Source: Protoeuglena noctilucae (lineage: Eukaryota). Taken from it: a stretch of 59,397 nt of DNA. The position numbers and the translations under genes are program-made. This document shows positions 53,601 to 59,397 of the stretch, piece after piece (within the stretch, counting starts at the first letter, position 1; every line of letters starts with the position of its first letter). The stretch covers positions 1,178,001-1,237,397 of the forward strand of contig OY253675.1 in assembly GCA_958009085.1 (NCBI GenBank), given 5' to 3'. The notes under the pieces were generated by a model. That model ran no database searches and was not told the origin of the DNA. It saw only the letters and a program-made list of their open reading frames with translations.

Positions 53601-56600
53601 TGGCAGGATCAAGCTGACCCTCACCCTCACCCTCGCCTCCACAGCGAGGTCCGCCTTCTGTGGCCGCGGTGCCCCGGTGCTGGTGGTGGTGGACGGCCTG
53701 GACGCGGCACCCATGCATGCGGTGGCCGGGGAGAGGGGGCGGCTGGCGGCCGAAATGGCGTCCCTGGCGCAGCGGCTGCCGCGTCGGCTGCGGGTCGTGG
53801 CCACCGTCGCAGATCACGATGCGTGCGCGGCTGCCAGGGACGCCTTCGACGCCCCGACCGTCACTCTTCGCCCAGGTACGGTCACCTCACCTGCACGTGC
53901 GCTGGCCTGGGCGGCTAGTAAGCCTCGCCCGCAGTGGGCGTAACTGCTGCTGCGTCTGCCTGTCTCGCAGTGTCTCGCCGCCGTATGGCAGAGGTCGTGG
54001 TGCTGACACGCCTGGGCATGGCAGAGGCGGGGGAGGGGGGGGAAGCGCAGGTGGGCACGTGGCGAGGGAGCAAGATGCGAGGCACGGGTCTTGACATCGC
54101 GAAGCACTACCCTGCTCTTGTACGCAGAGGAGGAGGCGTGGCGGGGGCTGCTGGCCTGCAGAGGCGCAGCGAGACGAGGGGGGCTGTGGGGTCCCAAGGC
54201 GAGAGAGGGGGACGGTGGCCACATCGGGCCAGCCGCATAGGAACGGTGGTCATCTAATCATTCATCCCTCCCCTCTTGCCGCAGCGTTCACCCCGCGTGG
54301 CACGCCCTGCCCCCCCGTGTGGCTGTGGAGCGCCTGGTGGTGGCCAGCGGTGGGTGCCCGGGGGGAGGGGCACTGCTGGCCGAGGATCCAAGCACTGCCC
54401 TCGCCATGGCTGCGGAGGGGGGCGCTGTAGTGTCAGGGCCCGAGGCGCTGGCTGCGGTGGGGCGGGAGGCAGCGCGTCGCCTGTGGGTGGCCCTGGCAGG
54501 GGAGGGGGAGGGTGTGGATGATGATGCGTCGCAGGGGGCGTGGGAGGCCGTGAGCGCGGGGTTGGACAGCGAGGGACGGGGCGGGGGCGCGTGTGGTGCG
54601 CTGGGGTGGGTCATGAGACGGTGCGTTGGGGCGGAGTGCTGCAGCGATGCGATGGGCTGGCGGAGATGCCGGTTGCGCTGGGCTGCTGCTGATGTATGGC
54701 TGCCTCCACTTTCCCAGGTCCAGAGGACGGCCTGGGACGCTCGATGCCCCGACGCTGGGACGTGATGCGCGGGGGTGGGAGCGCGTGGCGAGGCGGGGGC
54801 GGAGAGGGGGTGGGCCAGTTGGGGAGGTGGGTGGCGCGGAAAAAGCGGCGCAGTTGCGGGAACGCAGCGAGTCATGTGAACCGCGCCTGCCTCTGACGCT
54901 GGGGATGGCCCCGCCCTGGATGCAGAGCGTGGGTGCCAAGGCAGCCACCAACGCAGGTGCCGCCTCGCTGCCACGGTGGGGTTGGCGCGTGGGAAGGGCA
55001 GAGAGGCGTCCGCGTCCAAGCCTGGCCTCATCTCCCGGCGCGGATGCCACCCCCGCGTGGCATCGGTACCTGATGGGCGCGTCGGTGCCATGGGGCGCGC
55101 TGAGGGAGGAGATGGGGGACGCCGCAGACCTACTGCTGGCAGACGAGGTGAGGAGTTGGAGCATGACACGGGGTGATGACAGCAACAGAGCAGAGCGCAG
55201 CCTTACACTGGCCCTCCCCGCCCTCGCAGCTCCTCCGCCTGTGCACGGCGGTGGCTCAGCGTCCCAGCTCCACCCCCTGCCCCCTCGTGTCCGCCCACGC
55301 CGCCCTCCTCTCCGCGCGACTCCGCTTCCTCGACACCCCCTCGCGCCATGCAGCCACGCTCGCCCTCCTCCCCCTCCTCGTCACAGCACGGGACCCCCTG
55401 CGACCCTCGGACGTCGCAGAAATGGCCGACGCAGACAGCGGCAGAGACGCGCGAGGGTGGAGGGACATGGCCATGCGACTCTCCCCCGCCGTGCACTGGG
55501 ACGCCTGCGACGACACTCTGCGCATCGCCAGTCCCCAGGTGGGGCATGCGGACGATGGAGAGGGGCATGCGTCGTGTCGCTCTCTCCTCTCAGCGCGCTT
55601 CCTGGCCCCTTCCGCAGTTCGCCACGTGGCTGGCGGAGCAGAGTGCGACTGCGCTCATGGAAGTCGCGGGCGGGGCAGGGGCAGGCAAGCCCCTGCCGGC
55701 CCTCACCCTCCGGCGCCTGGGCCATGCGGCGTGGTCGCAAGCGGCCCTGCGATGGCACGCCAGGGGACGCGAGGTCTTCCGGAAGCGCCCACTCCTCCCC
55801 GGCCTCGTGCGCCGCGCATGGCCCCTGCCCCCCGTGCTTCTGCAGGAGGGCGCATGGCATGCCGCGCAGATTGTGCGGTGCGTGGTCGCGGCGGCCGCTG
55901 TGCTTGGCTTGCGCGACTCACCTGCGGCAGCCCCCACATGCACCATTCCGCACCTTCATCACAGCGACGGTCGCCTGCCCACCCTGGCAGACCTCATCCC
56001 CCCTCTCGCGGATGTGCCGGTGAGGGACGCGGACGTCGCGGCGCTGCAACGCGCAGCGCAGGGCACAGCTGCGGCGCGGGTGATGCGCGCGCTGCGTGGG
56101 TGGGGCTGGGGGTGGGGGCAGGGCATCGCAGACGCAGCGCCAGGGGAGGGCGACACTGGGACGGGGGAGAGGCGGGGAGAGGGAAGCCCTGAGGGGCGTG
56201 CACCCCCTGCAAAGGGAAAGGCGTCAAACGCACCTGCTGCAGCCGACTCCGCCCCTGCGGCTGGTGTGCCCGATCGCAGCTCCTCACCCTCGCCACGGTG
56301 GACGGGGCACAGGGACAGCGACGCGGACGAGGGGCTGCCGTCCTTGTCCTACGGCGAAGGCGCTGCTGGGGGAAAGCGCGGGTCGGCAGAGTACACGGCG
56401 ACGGGCAGGGACTGGGGGCAGCTGCCCGCGGTGGTGAGCATGCGTGGCTGCGGGTGAGTCGCAGGCGGATGCAACGATGCCCAACCATCCAGCTGCCCCG
56501 TTCCGCCCCAGGCCCGCCTGCTTTTCAAAGACCTCCCCCGGCTGCGGCACGCGGTGCGCCAGGCAGCCGCCCTCTGCCGCAGCACCCTGCAGCTGGCCGC

Positions 56601-59162
56601 GGCACTCGAGGCGCACGAGGGGCCGGCGCACCTGGACGGGGCAGGCGATGCGCTGACGGCGGCGCTGGAGCAGGCGCGGGCGGCGGAGGCGCTGGCGGAG
56701 GGGTGCGCGAGGTGACCGCGGCTCTGATGCTTGGGCGCGGGGTGGCAGCAACGGTGGCCCAGCGCCATGCTGTGCCCCTGCAACGGGCAGCCGGCCCTTC
56801 CTCGCGCACAGGCAGTCGCGGATGGACCGAGCTGCGGTCGAGTCGACTGCCGCTGCCCTGGCCAGCACCTCCTCTCCCCAAGCGATGCGGACGTACGCGG
56901 CCCAGGCGGCGCGGTCTGCCCTTGCTGCAGACCTGGCCGGGGCACTGGCAGCCGCAGCCAAAGACATCCGCAGCGAGAGTGAGGATGCTGCAGTCTGTCG
57001 GGGAAACGCGCCCCGCTTGTGCCACGCGACCTGCGCTGCAGTGTGTGACCTTCGCCCGCCCCCGCAGTGGCGCCCGTGCGTGCGGTCGTGGCCCTGGCCT
57101 CGTCGGCCCTTCCCACAGCGCAGGCGTCCCCCGCCCGGCTGATGTGGGCCCTGGCCAACGCGCCACCCGGCAGCCTGGCAGCCGAGGACGCCCAGGCGCT
57201 CGCCTCTCTTGCAAAGGGCCGGCACGCTGCCCGCCGCACAGGCACGAGGAGTGCGCGATGTCGGGTCGCATGGATGCTCAATGGCTAACATGTATGCGAC
57301 TTCCTGTCCCTTCCGCGCCTCCAGGCCACCACGGGTCAGACCGGCATCCGGACCTCCGTGCGTCGGTCACGGTCGCGGCCCTCCCACCTCCCCTGCCAGC
57401 CGCGTCGATGGGGCGCATCGGCGCAGACGCCGCGGCTCACGGGGGTGCGGAGGACCGCCTGGCCGCACGCACCCTCCAGTGCCAGGCCACCACCACAGGG
57501 CACCTGCTGGCCTGGGGAGGGAGGCACACGGGCGTGGAGGCGAGCGCGGGACGGGGTCGCATTCGGGGCTAAGCGCGTGCAGTCGCGCGCAACCACGCTG
57601 CCGTGTCTCTTCCCGCCTCGCAGGTCCTGGACGCCGACACGGGGGCGCGCATCGGCCACCTGGACCACGCCAGGCACGGACTGGGGCGCCCCTGGGGATG
57701 CGCGCAGGTCCTGGACACGGGTGAGAGGCTGCGGGCTGTAATGTCCTGGTTCTCTGGTTGCGCGATGTGACCGCCCCCGTGATAGCGATGCAGCACCCCA
57801 CGCCTCACCCCCCGCAGCCTTCTGCGCGACGTGGGGATGTGCGGGCCTGGTGTGCATCTGGGACATACCCTCCGCTGCCCTATGCCACACCGTCCCCGTC
57901 CCCAGCGCCCCTCTGCTTGGCGTGGCCTTCTCCCGGCCTCGCGTGCCAGCCCACGGGTCGGCGGGTGCGGCCAGTGGCGCCCAGACAGACTCGCCCGCTG
58001 CCAGCCGGGCGCCTGCAGAGTCGACCAGCGACGCGCGGTGGTGGAGCAAGCGCCAGGGGAAGAGGCGAGTGGGGCGATGGGCGGGGCGACGATCCTGCTG
58101 TTAGGATGGGTCGGGGCTAGGACGCCTATGTTGCTGCTTCCCGCAGGACGGACGGCGTAAAGCCGGGAGTGGCGCCAACCTCGCCGTCCACGGCCCCCCC
58201 GGCCAAGCGGTGGTCGACCACATGCGACGAGGGCCTCTCGTGCTTGGTGAGAGACGCGCGGGTGGCACGCTGTGCGGCACAGCCTTGCTGGCCATCTCAC
58301 GCACGTATCCGGCTCGGGTGCTCAGGCGTGGGACGCCGGGGGCAGCGTGTGGAGTGTCCAGGTGGGGGCCGGCCGGGAGGCGCGGTCGCTGACGGGGCAA
58401 CGGGCGACGTTCGTGGGGGCGAAGCCGCAGCCTGGTTGCGTCGTGGTGGGGTTCGAGGACGGGAGCTTGCAGGCGTGGCGGCCTGGGGACGCGGAGGCGT
58501 GGGCGGAGATGAGGGCGGCGTCGGGAGAGGCGAGGGGCACTGTGCGCTCTGCGGCATGGCATGGCTAGGAGAGGCACGCATAATCGAGCGCATGACTTTC
58601 ATTCGCAGATGTTGCCCGTGGTCGGGGCGGCGCTGCTGCCTCGCGGCTCTGCGATGGGGAGGAAGCGGCAGGAGGCGGCTGGGCCGGCCCCCCGCCCCTT
58701 CCGGGAGGCGCTGTCGTGGCACGAGGACGGCAGCCTCGTCCTGTGGGTGCGTGGAGATTTGATAGGGTGCAGGCTAGCGCGGAGGCTGCGTCTGTGAGAT
58801 GGCAGCCGTGCCCCTGACCTCCATCGCAGGACGCGGACGAGGGTCGCGTGGCGTCGCGGGGCAGGCAAGGGGAGGATCACGAGGGAGAGCGGTCCGCGGC
58901 AGTGATGGGGATCGCGAGCCTGCGAGCTGGCGGGGCGGAGACGGACGGCGCCCTCCGCAGGGGCGACACGTTCGTAACGTGGGACGGGGCGGGGACGCTG
59001 GCGCTGTGGGGGTGGCATGGCGCCGGGCTGGAGTCCACCCGCTCGCTGCGCATGCCCCTCGTAGACGGGGGGCGCGTGGCGGACGCGGTGGCTGCGGGGG
59101 ACGGCAGGCGAGTGGCGGGCGTGTGTGATGGTGGGTTAGGTAGGCAGGTTAGGGTTAGGTAG
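50629..59162 (+). CDS. Large divergent multi-exon protein with NACHT/STAND-like core and C-terminal WD40-like repeats, abutting the telomere
   Basis: MGNTC start (possible acylation motif), Walker-B-like VLVVVDGLD..RLPRRLRVVAT, winged-helix-like LLVTARDPLRPSDV, WD-like VVGFEDGSLQAW and FVTWDGAGTLALW. No clear Walker A; may be more than one gene. Confidence 0.5.
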
Positions 59163-59397
59163 GGTTAGGGTAGTAGTTTTTTAGGGCTAGTTAGGGTTAG
59201 GTAGGTTTAGGGTTAGGGTTAGGGTTAGGGTTAGGGTTAGGGTTAGGGTTAGGGTTAGGGTTAGGGTTAGGGTTAGGGTTAGGGTTAGGGTTAGGGTTAG
59301 GGTTAGGGTTAGGGTTAGGGTTAGGGTTAGGGTTAGGGTTAGGGTTAGGGTTAGGGTTAGGGTTAGGGTTAGGGTTAGGGTTAGGGTTAGGGTTAGG
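59133..59397 (+). repeat. Telomere (TTAGGG)n with degenerate proximal units
   Basis: Variant units 59133-59206, perfect TTAGGG array from 59207 to the window end. Confidence 0.98.

Noticed and set aside
50629..59162. Calling the terminal gene TEP1 or NWD1
   Set aside because: Only generic NACHT-like and WD40-like motifs are visible; no TROVE domain or clear Walker A.

Overview
GC-rich, intron-dense eukaryotic nuclear DNA ending in a (TTAGGG)n telomere, i.e. a chromosome end. Nuclear plastid-type SufB, ciliary genes and a ROMO1-AAGAB tandem point to a flagellated green alga (inference). About 20 spliced protein genes were read manually, so exon boundaries are approximate: GT64, RAI1/DXO-like, sufB, twin-CX9C, ADC synthase, ODA3/CCDC151-like, CFAP20, NOP9, RRP8, two FAS1 proteins, frataxin, SH3BGR-like, JMJD5-like, AAGAB, ROMO1, pICln, SLU7 and a NACHT-like/WD40 gene running into the telomere. 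A 3-kb near-perfect inverted duplication surrounds an N gap. The most notable locus is at 18.15-19.55 kb. There a normal tRNA-Val(UAC) is followed directly, with no terminator, by a circularly permuted tRNA-Ser(UGA) gene (3' half before 5' half), then a pol III T-run, then three copies of a (CAT)n-tailed retroposon-like element, two with target-site duplications. Other unusual traits are a very high frequency of GC-AG introns, introns that repeat their own donor junction, and two candidate bicistronic loci.
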